DNA of 64,000 nt from Sphyrna mokarran. Lineage: Eukaryota. The notes under the pieces were generated by a model that was given only the letters and a program-made list of their open reading frames with translations, did no database searches and had not been told where the DNA came from. This document shows, piece by piece, positions 12,666 through 24,645 of the stretch; within the stretch, counting starts at the first letter, position 1, and the number at the start of each line of letters is the position of its first letter. The stretch spans positions 2,480,001 to 2,544,000 of the forward strand of contig JAGIQG010000043.1 of assembly GCA_024679065.1 (NCBI GenBank), given 5' to 3'. Position numbers and translations under genes: made by a program.

Positions 12666-15492
12666 ATCTGGACAGGCACATCAACAGGACGGTCGTGAAT
12701 GAATAGAGGTTGTTGTTCTAGATCAGTGATCTGCGCATGCTTGGTGGGCCGAAGGGCTTGTTCTTGAGTTTTAATTTTATTTCTCTTTCTTTGTTGCTCT
12801 CCACCTGATATGCAGAAAGTGTCCCAGATTCCTAAATGCTAACATTTCCTATTGAGGTGTTATATCAATGCTAGTGCATGGTAGCAGGTGACCGCCGTGC
12901 CAAGAATCCAGTGCTCTCCCTGGAGCAGTGGTGCCAAGACGCATGACCAGAAGAAGGTTGAGTAGGAAGTCTGAGCAGGGAAGGGAATGAACAGGAAGGA
13001 GTGAGGGAAAAGGGTACTGTGTTGTGGGTCTGAGGGTGAAGGGGACCCGAGTGCGAGGTCTGAGGGGAAAAGGGGCCTGAGTGGCTGTTCTGAGGGTGGA
13101 GCTGAATGCGGTTCACTCAGGTGTCCACAACATGCATACATTGTGGAGTTGAGGTCACCTCACTACTGGAAGGATAAAACTTTATTGAGAAGGTTTAAGA
13201 TTCATTGCATCCCTACATTGCAGAAAGATGCTTTATTGAAAAGAGGATAGGCGAGATTTACATGAATCCTGGGGCAACTGGAAGGTTGCATCTGTCGGAC
13301 AATATGAGGGGTGTTTGAGGACAATGGGTTTGTACTCAATAGAGTTTAGAAGTGTGGGGGTATCTCATTGAAATTTGCACAATATTAAAACGCTTCTATT
13401 AGCAGGAAAGATTAGGATCCGAGGGAACACCTCAGAGTAACGCAACAATGCTTAAGATTTGAGATGAGGAGTCATGACTTCAGCCAGAGGGTGGTGAATC
13501 TGTGAAATTCATTGCTGCAGAAGACTCCGGAGGCCAGGTCACTGAGTGCATTTAACAGATAGATGCGTTTTTGTTTGGTTGGAGAATCAAATGTTACAGG
13601 GGAAAGGCGGAAGAATGGGCATTATGGTAGTATACAGATTGATACGTTTTTGATTGGTAAGAGTATCAAATATATGAGGGAAAAAAGAGAGAGAATGGCT
13701 CGGAATAGTAGCATAGTGATTAGCACTATTGCTTCACAGCTCCAGGGACCTGGGTTCGATTCCCAACTCGGGTCACTGTCTGTGCAGAGTTTGCACATTC
13801 TCCCCGTGTCTGCATGGGTTTCCTCCCGGTGCTCCGGTTTCCTCCCACAATCTAAAGATTGCTGGTTAGATGGATTGGCCAAGCTAAATTGTCCCTTTGA
13901 GTCATGCGCTGCTTAGGTGAGAGGGCTTAGCGGATAAAGTAGGGGTGCGTACTCGATTGACTGAGTGGCCTCTTTCTGCACTGTAGGTTTCGATGGAATG
14001 AGAAACCGATCAGTCATGGCCGGATGGTGGAGCAGACGCGATGGACCAAATGGCCTAACTTTGCTCCTACAGCTAATGGTCATCTGGTCTTATTGACTTA
14101 AGGCGAACATAACCAGCCACTTGGGTGAACCATATTAACCCAGAAGAATGAAGTGATGCATTCCATTATGAAGAGTTCAGGCACCAATAAGAAATATGGT
14201 TAAAGACTTAAAGGGGATGAAAGATTGAAGAGATAGAGAACAGCAGATTCTGAAACATTGAAGTTGACAGGATGAGTTGAGTGGGTCCTTTGGTAAAAAA
14301 ATATTCAATTCGTTTCTCGAAAGAGGAATTGAACATTCAGGCTGCAATTTATATGTAAGTCTTTGAAAATTTTCGTCATTTCACAGAAGGGATGTTGCGT
14401 ACGATTATGAATGGAAAACCACAGCTGGAGGGTATCATGGCCATCAGAAGCGCCCAGAAGCGATTTGCTATCTTGGCACTAGGAATGGAATTTCCTGTTG
14501 AATGAAGAGTGTGGACATTTTTTTATCCCGGAAAGGGGGAAATGGTAAAAGGGATTTGATGGAACCATTCAGCTACCGTAGAGATAAGTGACAGTCCAGA
14601 GGATTGCCTAAGTAAAGAGCTATTCACCAACTGTAGATGCAGTGACTCTTTGAGAGAAACCATTAAATTGGGAGTGACTGTGAACAGAGCCACCTCATGT
14701 AGACGCGGTATTTGTCAACAGCACCGCCTGACGTGGCTGTGCAGGTGTTGATCAGAGTTAACTGGTGTGGAGGAAATGGCTGCCAACAGCGCCACCTTCA
14801 GTATTGGATGTGGCTGCAATACTATTAGGTTAATGAAAGGGTAAAGATATCACAATTGTGATCTCTGGTCTCATGAGATGCGAAATTACGGATCAAACAG
14901 GAAAGTGCTAATACGATAAAAGATCTAAGGGATTTTCACAGTAAGTTCATTTGCAGTGCAAATGCAAGCCTAATTATGACACTAAAGTAATTTCCTGTTG
15001 AAGGAATTAATGCTTCCAAATCACTTACGTGTCTTATTCTCCAATATCTCAGAAGAGATGGTCAACAAAAACAATCAATGTGCCCTTTTGGGAGGTAAAA
15101 GATCTCAAGCATCAATCAGCAGAATCATAGAATTGTAGAATCCCTACAGAGCAGAAGGAGGTCATTCGACCCAATGAACACTGTCAACAATTCCACCCAG
15201 GCCCCATCTCCATATCTGTATCTAATCGCACGTCTTTGGACATTGAGGGACCATCCACTTAACCTACTCATCTTTGGGCAGATAGGGGCAATTTGCGTTC
15301 GCCAATTGACGCATCTTTGCACGCAAAGGGACAACTTAGTACGACCAATGAACGCAAGAGGGTGATTGTGTTTGGGTGGTGTGAGGGTGGGTTGTGAAGT
15401 GAGGGGGTGATGATAGCTGGGGGTGATATGTTGTTGCTGGTTTTCCACGGATTTTCAAGTGGGCTATTCCCCAAACCAAATCCATGGTTTGA

Positions 15493-15815
15493 AGCGGCGT
15501 GGTAGCACAGCGGTTAGCATTTCTGATTCGACAGCTGCAGGGTCCTGGGTTCGATTCCTGCTCGGGTCACTGCCTGTGTGGAGTTTGCACGTTCTCCTCG
15601 TATCAGCGTGGGTTGCCTCCTGCTACTCCGGTTTCCTCCCACAGTCCAAAGATGTGCAGGTTAGGTTGATTGGCCATGCGAAGAAATTGCCCTTTAGTGT
15701 CTAGTGATGTGCAGGTTAGTGGGTATAATATATGGGGGTAGGGCCTGAGTGGGATTGTGTTCGGTGCAGGCTCAATGGGCGGAAGGACCGCTTTCTGCAC
15801 TATGGGATTCTATGA
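15493..15815 (+). mobile_element. HE1/V-SINE-type SINE
   Basis: A box and B box (GGGTTCGATTCC), core and CR1-derived tail. Similar copies at 3440..3910(-), 13700..13990(+), 31010..31320(-) and 39820..40100(+). Confidence 0.88.
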
Positions 15816-15910
15816 TCTATTAGCTGGGTCAGTATCACGTTGGCCCTCGCTCTATTTTTTTTTCCTTTCCAACTTTGCAATCGCAACTGTTGTGCTGCAA
15901 TCAGCAAAAC

Positions 15911-16350
15911 ACATTACCCTTCATTGCTTGTGCATTGTTCCTCTTCCTCCCTTGTACGGGTTATTGGTTCAAATCTAACCATCAACATTTGAACTCAGTG
16001 TGATTTGTTGATGAAAGAATGGTGTATGTTATATTTTGTTGTTGCTCATACTTCAGAGGAATGATATTCTCTTTCCTGCCGAAGCAGAACAGGTAGTGAT
16101 AACCTTGTCTATTTCAGGTATTGAATCTTACGCAATTTTGCCACAGACGCCAGCAATCCGGACTCCGACCGGATTGGATGAACATACAAGTTGCATTGTC
16201 ACATGGGCTGGTTGGCATGGAGGAGTTATCTATTGGTATAAACGGCGGCAACGGGAGCATCTACAACTGAGATCTCACGATCTGTTTCCGGGATATGACG
16301 CTGTTAAAATCGTTTTATCTGTTTCCTCTTCATTTGAAGAAAGCCTGAAT
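15911..16350 (+). pseudogene. Decayed IgSF leader plus V-domain unit (probable third cluster member or orphan V gene)
   Basis: A 43-nt leader-like exon at 15911..15953 reads (T)LPFIACALFLFLP, has ACA in place of ATG, and ends at donor T|GTACGG. After acceptor tctatttcag|16118 the frame reads IESYAILPQTP...SCIVTWAGWHGGVIYWYKRRQREHLQL, with B-strand Cys and C-strand WY. It is cut at about 16352 by a Rex1 insertion. Confidence 0.65.
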
Positions 16351-16351
16351 G

Positions 16352-16908
16352 TTTGATTTGATTTATTACTGTCATATGTATTTGTATACAGTGAAAAGGA
16401 TTGTCTCTTGCACGCTATGCAGCAAAAGCATACCGTTTATAGAGGAGGGAAGGAGAGAGCATAGTGTAATGTTACAGTTGTAGCTGAGGTGCACAGAAAG
16501 ATGAACTCAGTATAATAGAGGTCAAAAGTCTGACGGCTGGAGGGAAGAAACTGTGACCTCAGACATCTGTATCTTTTTATCCCGACAGAAGGAGGTAGAA
16601 AAGTTTATGTTCGGGGTACAAAGGATCTTTGCTTCTGCTGGCTGCTTTTCCAAATCAGCGTAAAGTGTCTTGGAGAAGTGTCTTCCGCTGCCTTGGACAC
16701 GATGTTACATTGTGCATTGGACTGGGCTTAATATATCACCTTTGGTAGTAGTGTCTTGCGATCTTGGTAGGAACAGGAGCCAGACCAAAGTTGTGAACCA
16801 TCCGGAAAGGATGCTTTCTTGTTCTGCATCATTAACATTTGATTAGAGTCAAAGCGGACTTGCCGAATTTCCTTAGCCTCCTTAGAAAGCAAGGGGCGTT
16901 GGTGGAGT
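16352..16908 (-). mobile_element. Rex1/Babar 3' fragment disrupting the decayed V exon
   Basis: GATTTGATTTATTA...TACAGTGAAAAG tail shared with copies near 2135, 17992, 40585 and 52975; that family encodes KNSFFPAA.RLLN. Confidence 0.75.
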
Positions 16909-19900
16909 CTGCCCAAAGGACTGCCATGTCAAATTTCGTTTCTGGCTGCGTTATCAATAACAAGGAGTAAAGGGGCACGGCTTATCACCTGAGGTTTCTT
17001 AACGCCTAATGGAACCTGAACCATGTAAGAGAACTCTGAAATTTGGTCCTATCTGAATACTGCAGAGCCTCGACATGCATGTTCCTATCTTATCTAATTT
17101 TTTAAAATGTACTATGCATTTTCATTTGGATTTGAGCAGGAAGGAGAGCATCCAAAGAACCAATACGTTACAAGATACTTTCCAAAATCGAGCATTGCAT
17201 TTGTGAGTCCAAACTGTCCAAATGTGTTCATTGAATCTGGATTGCCAGGTTATGGGATATCGTATAGAAGTCATGGGTAACGTTTAACTGTGGGTAACAA
17301 TTTGATGAAATTGATATCAGTAATGTAGTGATAATATTATGATATTAATTCAAATTCAGCATGAGCAAATTGTCTCTAATTTAGTCATCCCTCAATGTGG
17401 TTACGATTCCTTTATTGTGGAGTCCAATAAGCGTAGACAAAGGTCATAGGTAGAAGAGGGCACTCACAATGTTAAAATGGCGGCTTGGTCTCGTTGGGTC
17501 AAAGGGCCTGTTTCCCGTGCTTTGTTGTGTTGTTCTTTGTTCTTTGCTCTTTAAAGTACACAATATTCGACTGGGGGGGGGGAAGTGGTGGGTGATCTAA
17601 AATAGATCTTCGAAGGTATGAAAGATTCAAAAGGATATACGTACAGAAAGTGAGGGGTCACAACAACATTGGACTCCCAGCATCCGTTATTCCCTAATGG
17701 ATCCAATGTTAAGTTCAAGGGAAATACTTTTCCCAGAAATGGCATAGAATGTGGAACTCGATACAACAAGGCTTGGTTTAAGTTGAATATCAGATATTCA
17801 TTTAGAGGGAAATTGGATCAACACAGGAGGGAGATAATAATAGAACATGTTGAGGGGGGATGGATAGACTGTGGGTCGGAGGAGGCTGGCATAGATTACA
17901 AACGCTGTGACAGTGGCTTGTTGTCCTGGAAATAATGGCGTATTTTGAAATGAAGAGATCATGGGAAGCGAAAGTTGTTTTTTGGAGATGTTTGATTTAA
18001 TTTGGTTTGATTTGATTTATTATTGTTACATGGATTGGGATACACAGAACATTATTGCTTCTTGCGGACAAGACATACATTTCAGAGAGTACATAGAGGA
18101 GAAGGATAGGAGAGGGTGCAGAATGCATTGTTACAGTCATAGGTGTAGAGAAACAGCACTTAATAATGGTATGTTCATTCAAAAGTCTATTGGCAGCAGG
18201 GAAGAAGCTGTTCTTAGTTGGTTCATGCATGATCTCAGACTTCTGTATTTTTTTTTACTGACAGAAGTGGGTGGAAGAGAGTTTGTCCGGGGTAAGTGGG
18301 GTCCTTGGACAACCTCGCTATTTTTTGGAGGTAGCAAGAACCATAGACAAAATCAGTTGATGAATCGATACATCAATGGGTGTAAATGACACTGGTCTTC
18401 TGAATAAAAGAAATAGTTCATTATGAAAGTCAAATCCAAAGGACGTTTCATTGAGGTGATGATGGATTTCAACTACAATTTCGGTATTGCAAACATTAGA
18501 AGCTTGAGGCCGTTTTCTTTTCAAGGGATAAACTTCATTATGTCTTCAATTAGTTCTTTCATGGGACGGGAGCGTCACCGGTTCGCCAGCATGTATTGGC
18601 CGTCCTTATTTACCCTTGAACTAACTGAGTGACTTACCAAGTCATTTTTCAACACGGGCTTTTTTACAACAATGACATTTAATTATATGTTAGAATTTAA
18701 TTCCAAATTTTTTGTGGTGTATTTTCCTTTTGCTATGTATCGAAGTGGGAATTGTACACAGGGCCCTGCAACATAATCCAACAAAATGACATTTATCCCT
18801 GCATCGAGATCTTCCTGGGGGACAGTGATCCAGCGTACCAGCGCACACTGGGAAAGTGCACTATGACGTCACCCCTAAACAGTCTGGCAGTAACGTAAAA
18901 GCTTTGACCCCATGTTATGGACCCACTTCCTACTCCGCCCCCGTCAGAGGAAACAGTTTCCCTCCATTAACCCATCAATTTTTTTTTTCAAACTTAAACA
19001 GGGCGATTAGATCATCTCACAATCTTATCCGCTGGAAGAAATAAGATTACTCTCGCAATGTATCCCTTTTTAACCCCAGTATCTTCATGCTAAACTGAGA
19101 TGTGTTTCAGAGAACCCAACACCGAAGTTCAAATTGTGCACAACTCACATGAATCTAAAATGTTCATTTTTTTAAAAAAATCGTTTCTGGGATGTGGGGA
19201 TCGCTGGCTGGCCAGAATTCATTCCCCGTCCTTAGTTGCCCTAATGAAGCGAGCTGCCTTCTTGATAAACTTCAGTCCACCTGCTATGGGTTGACAAAAA
19301 AGGCCGTTAGGGAGTGAATTCCAGGATGTTGGCCAATATATTTCCAAGTCATTTTTCAAAACGGGCTTTTTTACAACAATGGCTTTTAATTATACAGGAT
19401 GGTGAGTGGCTCGAAGGGGAATATGCAGATGGTGGTGTTCTCATACATAAGCTGCTCTTGTACTTCTACAAGGCAGTGGTCGTGAGTTTGAAAGGTGCCG
19501 TCGAAGGGTCATTGGTGAATTATTGGTGTACACTGAGCGTCATGGTGGAGGGATTGAATGTCTGTGAAACTGCGTTTCTGTCTCCACGGATCTGCCAAAG
19601 CTGCTGAGTTTATCCAGCATTTACATTTATAATATAATCAAAGTTCATATTAACAAGAATGGGACAATCAAATGGGAGGCCCATTAAATCACCAACACAT
19701 TTTGTCTGGGAGATGGAACTTACATAATCGCTGAAACTACAAATGTTCTATTTGAACCAAATTTGGTTGTTTCTCTTGATTGAAGACTAAACAATTAGAC
19801 AACGTGAGTCCGATGCAGTTTAACCAGGTGCAGAGAAACCCTTCATCGGTAATTGGAAACTTTCTTGTAAAGCTTCACAAACTTAGAATTAGTAACATAG

Positions 19901-20221
19901 AATCATAGAAGCCTACTGTGCAGAACAAGGCCCTTTGGCCCATGTAGTCTACACCGAACACAATCCCACCCAGGCCCTACCCCCATATCTCTACATGTTA
20001 TATCCACTAATCTTCGAACCTACGCATCCCTGGACACTAAGGGGCAATTTCTTAGCATTGTTAATCAACCTAACCCGCACAGCTTTGGACATCTGAATTA
20101 TAAAACAGAAAAAAATTGCAAAACTCCATAAAGATTGCATTCCATCATTTTGGTAATTGCACAATACAATGATAAAAACGCTGTCATTGAAATGAATTTT
20201 CATTATTGTATGACGCAATAA

Positions 20222-20540
20222 TAAGAAATCTCACAACACCAGGTTATAGTCCAGCAGATTTATTTGGAATCACGAGCTTTTGAAACACTACTCCTTTCTC
20301 AGGTGAGCGAGAAGGTGGGTTCACAAGCACGGCCTATATAGACAAAGACACAATTGCAAGATAATGGTTGGATGGCGAGTCTTTACGGGTAATCAAGTCT
20401 TTACAGGTACAGACAATGCGTGTGGAGAGAGATGTAATGATGGATAAGCGTTCTCCAAGGTGATCTTCAAGACGGAAGAAAAGGCATACTCGCCGAGCAC
20501 AAACTCATAGCCAAGCTCCCAATGCACGAGGACAGCCTCA
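20222..20540. mobile_element. Penelope-like element fragment with internal inversion
   Basis: End sequence AATCTCACAACACCAGGTTATAGTCC, also seen near 55400 and reversed near 46930. 20452..20540 encodes LQGDLQD...AEHKLIAK...HEDSLN, resembling the GIY-YIG C-terminus. Confidence 0.65.
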
Positions 20541-23155
20541 ACAAATGTGTAGAGTATAGGGCTAATGGTAGGACTCTTAATAGTGTTGATGAACAGAGGG
20601 ATCTTGGTGTATATGTGCATAGATCTCTGAAAGTTGGCAATCAAGTCGATAATGTTGTTAAGAAAACATACGGAGTCTTAGCTTTTATTGGTAGGGGGAT
20701 TGAATTTCGGAGCCGCAACGTCATGTTGCAACTGTACAAAACTCGAGTGCGGCCGCATTTGGAGTATTGTGTGCAGTTCTGGTCCCCACATTATAAGAAA
20801 GATGTGGAGGCTTTGGAGAGGGTACAGAGGAGGTTTACCAGGATATTGCCGGGTATGGAAGGCAGGTCTTATGAAGAGAGGCTGAGGGATTTCAGGTTGT
20901 TAGATAGAAGGCGGCTAAGAAGAGACCTTACTGAAGCATATAAGATGATTAGAGGTTTAGATAGAGTGGACAGTGATAGTCTTTTTCCTAGGATGGAGAA
21001 AGCTAGCACGAGGGGACATAGCTTTAAATTAAGGGGTGGTAGTTTTCGGACAGATGTCAGAGGTAGGTTCTTTACCCAGAGGGTGGTAAGGGTATGGAAT
21101 GCCCTGCCTGCGTCAGTTGTAGATGCGCCAAGTTTGGTGGCGTTTAAGAGGTTAGTAGATAAGTTTATGGATGAAAAGGGAATGGTTTAGTTTGGAGGGG
21201 CATTGCTTTTTATTTTGGTCGGCACAACATCGAAGGCCGAAGGGCCTGTTCTGTGCTGTTATGTTCTATGTTCTATGTTCTAAATAGTGAGTTGAGAAGA
21301 GCTAAAAGAGGACACGAGAAGACTTTGGCTGATAGGCTTAAGGAGAATACTAAAGCTTTCTTTAGATATGTTAAGAATAGAAGATTGGTTAGGGCAAGAT
21401 TAGGGCCAGTCAGAGACAGCAGTGGGAAGTTGTGCGTGGAGCCTGAAGAGATTGGAGAGGCACTGAACAAATATTTCTCTTCGGTATTCACGCAGGGAGA
21501 TGTAAATGTAGTTGTGGAGAACACTGGGATACAGGGTTGCAAACTGGAAAGTATTGAAGTAGATAAGGAGGATGTGCTAGATATTCTTGAGGGTTTGAAG
21601 TTAGATAAGTCCCCTGGGCCGGACGGGCTTTACCCTAGGATTCTCTGGGAGGCAAGAGAGGCGATTGCAGAGCCTCTGGCTCTGATCTTCAGGTCGTCGT
21701 TGGTTACAGGTATAGTGCTGGAAGACTGGAGGATAGCGAATGTGGTCCCATTGTTCAAGAAGGGGAATAGAGACTTTCCTGGGAATTATAGACCAGTGAG
21801 TCTTACTTCTGTTGTGGGCAAAGTATTGGAAAGAATTATTAGGGATAGGATTTATAGTTATTTAGAGAGAAATGAATTCATTGGGGATAGTCAGCATGGT
21901 TTTGTGAAAGTTAGGTCGTGCCTTACTAACCTTATTGAGTTTTTTGAAAAAATGACCAAAGAGGTGGATGGGGGGGTAAGGCAGTTGATGTGGTATATAT
22001 GGACTTTAGTAAGGCGTTCGATAAGGTCCCCCATGGAAGGCTTCTGCAGAAAATGCAGATGTATGGGATTGAGGGTGATTTAGCTAATTGGATCAGGAAT
22101 TGGCTCTCTGATAGAAGACAGAGGGTGGTGGTTGATGGAAATTATTCATCGTGGAGTTCGGTTACAAGTGGTGTACCTCAGGGATCTGTTTTGGGGCCCC
22201 TGCTGTTTGTAATTTTTATAAATGATCTGGATGAGGGTATTGAAGGATGGATTAGTAAATGTGCGGATGCCACCAAAGTCGGAGGAGTGGTAGATAGTGA
22301 AGAGGGGTTTTATAGTTTGCAAAGAGACTTGGGCAAGTTGCAGAGCTGGGCCGAGAGGTGGCAAATGTAGTTTAATGTGGAAAAGTGTGAGGTAATTCAC
22401 TTTCGCAGGAATAACAAATGTGTAGAGTATAGGACTAATTGTAGAATTCTTAACAGTGTTGATGTACAGAGGGATCTTGGTCTATATGTGCATAGATCCC
22501 TGAAAGTTGACAATCAAGTCGATAAGGTTGTTAAGAAGGCATACAGAGTCTAAGGTTTTATTGGTAGGGGGATTGAATTTTGGAGCCGCAACGTCATGTT
22601 GCAACTGTACAAAACTCTAGTGCGGCCGCACTTGGAGTATTGTGTACAGTTCTGGTCCCCGCAATATAAGAAAGATGTGGAGGCTTTGGAGAGGGTACAG
22701 AGGAGGTTTACCAGGATGTTGCCTGGTATGTAGGACAGGTGTTATGAGGAGAGACTGAGGGATTTGACGTTGTTTTCGTTAGAAAGAAGGTGGCTAAGAG
22801 GAGACCTTATTGAATCATATAAGATGATTAGAGGTTTTGATAGGGTGGACAGTGATAGCCTTTTTCCTCGGATGGAGAAAGCTAGCACGAGGGGACATAG
22901 CTTTAAATTAAGGGGTGGTAGTTATAGGACCGATGTCAGAGGTAGGTTCTTTACCCAGAGGGTGGTAAGGGTACAGAATACCCTGCCTGCTGCAGTTGTA
23001 GATGCTCCAAGTTTGGCGGCGTTTAAGAGGTTAGTAGATAAGTTTATGGATGAAGAGGGAATGGTTTCGGTTACAGGGTCATTGCTTTTTCTTAATTGGT
23101 CGGCGCAACATCGAAGGCCGAAGGGCCTGTTCTGCCCTGTAATGTTCTATGTTCT
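20540..23155 (+). mobile_element. Two head-to-tail 5'-truncated CR1 copies (20540..21281 and 21282..23155)
   Basis: RT C-terminal ORFs, each copy ending in GGCCGAAGGGCCTGTTCTG...(TTCTATG)n. Confidence 0.93.
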
Positions 23156-23269
23156 AAGTGCAATGAACCAATGGATGTGACATGTAGGGTTCAAGTAAAG
23201 ACACATTTTATTATATAGAAGTAAAATGAAGCTATCACAAGCTATGTTATGTGTTCATTTTTGGAAAGA

Positions 23270-23920
23270 GAACAAAGGACAAAGAACAAAACAGCACGGG
23301 AAACAGGCCTTCGGCCGAACGAGCCCGCGCCCCTACCTCGATGTTTCCACTTCTACACACGAACCCTGCCTATGTTTATAGATCTATGCATTGGAACCAA
23401 ATTTGAGTTAATTTAGAGTGAATCTGTATTGCCAATCAGCCTAAGAGCACATCTTTGGGATGTGGGATGAAACCGGAGCACCCGGAGGAAACTCACGCAA
23501 CCATGGGGAGAATGTGCAAACTCCAACAGACACAGGCCCAAATCCATGTATCTGCACAACACAGCGATAGTCACTGAGCTGTCGTGTTGCCCATCAAATG
23601 GTCCAGGTCAAGCGTACACTCACGACGTGAAGCACTCGGATACTCTCGAAAAAAATCCAAGAGCAGCTCTCTCACGACCATTCGCGTGTATGCCCCTTGT
23701 TAGACAACAAGGCGGACCGAAGTACCCGTAGGATAAAAACAAATACATCAATATCACATTTCCCAGGGATTCCCAAGGCTCACGATCCCTATTTTAAATC
23801 AGTTTTCTATATCCCTCCATTCCCATTCTGTTCATGTGCCCATCTAAGTATCTCTTAAATAACTTCAGAGTGCCTGCTTCCACCACTTTACTTGGCAGCG
23901 CGTTCCATACCTGCACCCGC
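23270..23920 (-). mobile_element. CR1 3' fragment, same subfamily as 11060..12080
   Basis: Reverse-complement match to the ORF2 end and 3' UTR of the 11060 copy. Confidence 0.88.
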
Positions 23921-24645
23921 CATCTTTTGAGACATGGACGTTGCTGGCTGAGCCATCATTTATTGCTCACCCCTAGTTGCTCTTAGAGGGCAGTTAAAAA
24001 TCAAAGAACAAAGAACAACACAGAACAGGAAACAGGTCCTTCGGTTCTACAAGCCCGCGCCGCCGTTTTAATATTCAGCCAGTGCCTCATTCAAATCCTT
24101 CTTCTACCCATGACCTTTGTCCAAGACTCTTCGACTCTACAAAAAAAATGTGCAAATTTAGACAATTTATTTTTATTATTTATTAATTATTAAGCAACAC
24201 AGCACGGGAAACAGGCCCTTCGGCCCAACGAGCCCGCGCCGCCGTCATACCAAATACATTATCCTATTTTAATATTCCTATATAATAATATATATATTAT
24301 TCCTAATATGGAAAATTTTCACCATAGGGACAATTTGTTACCCAATCAGCCTAAGAGCGAATTTTTGGGTTGTGGGAGGAAACCGGAGTGCCCGGAGAAA
24401 ACCCACGCAACCACGGGGAGAACGCGCAAACTCCCGCAGACACCGGCCCAATTCCAAGTGTCTGCACAGCCACATCGATAGTCTCTGAGCTGTCATGGTG
24501 CCCTTCAGGTGGTCCACATAAAGCACTCATATACGACATGAGGTACCAGGCAACCCATGAATCAACATCCAAGAGCTGTACCCGCACCACCTGCCGAATG
24601 CGTGCTCAAATTATGGACCGAATTACCTGTGGAAAAAAGCCGTAG

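Noticed and set aside
17140-17280. Possible C-domain remnant of the third gene
   Set aside because: Spacing after the 17025 donor is suggestive, but no C1 Cys/Trp pattern is recoverable in any frame.
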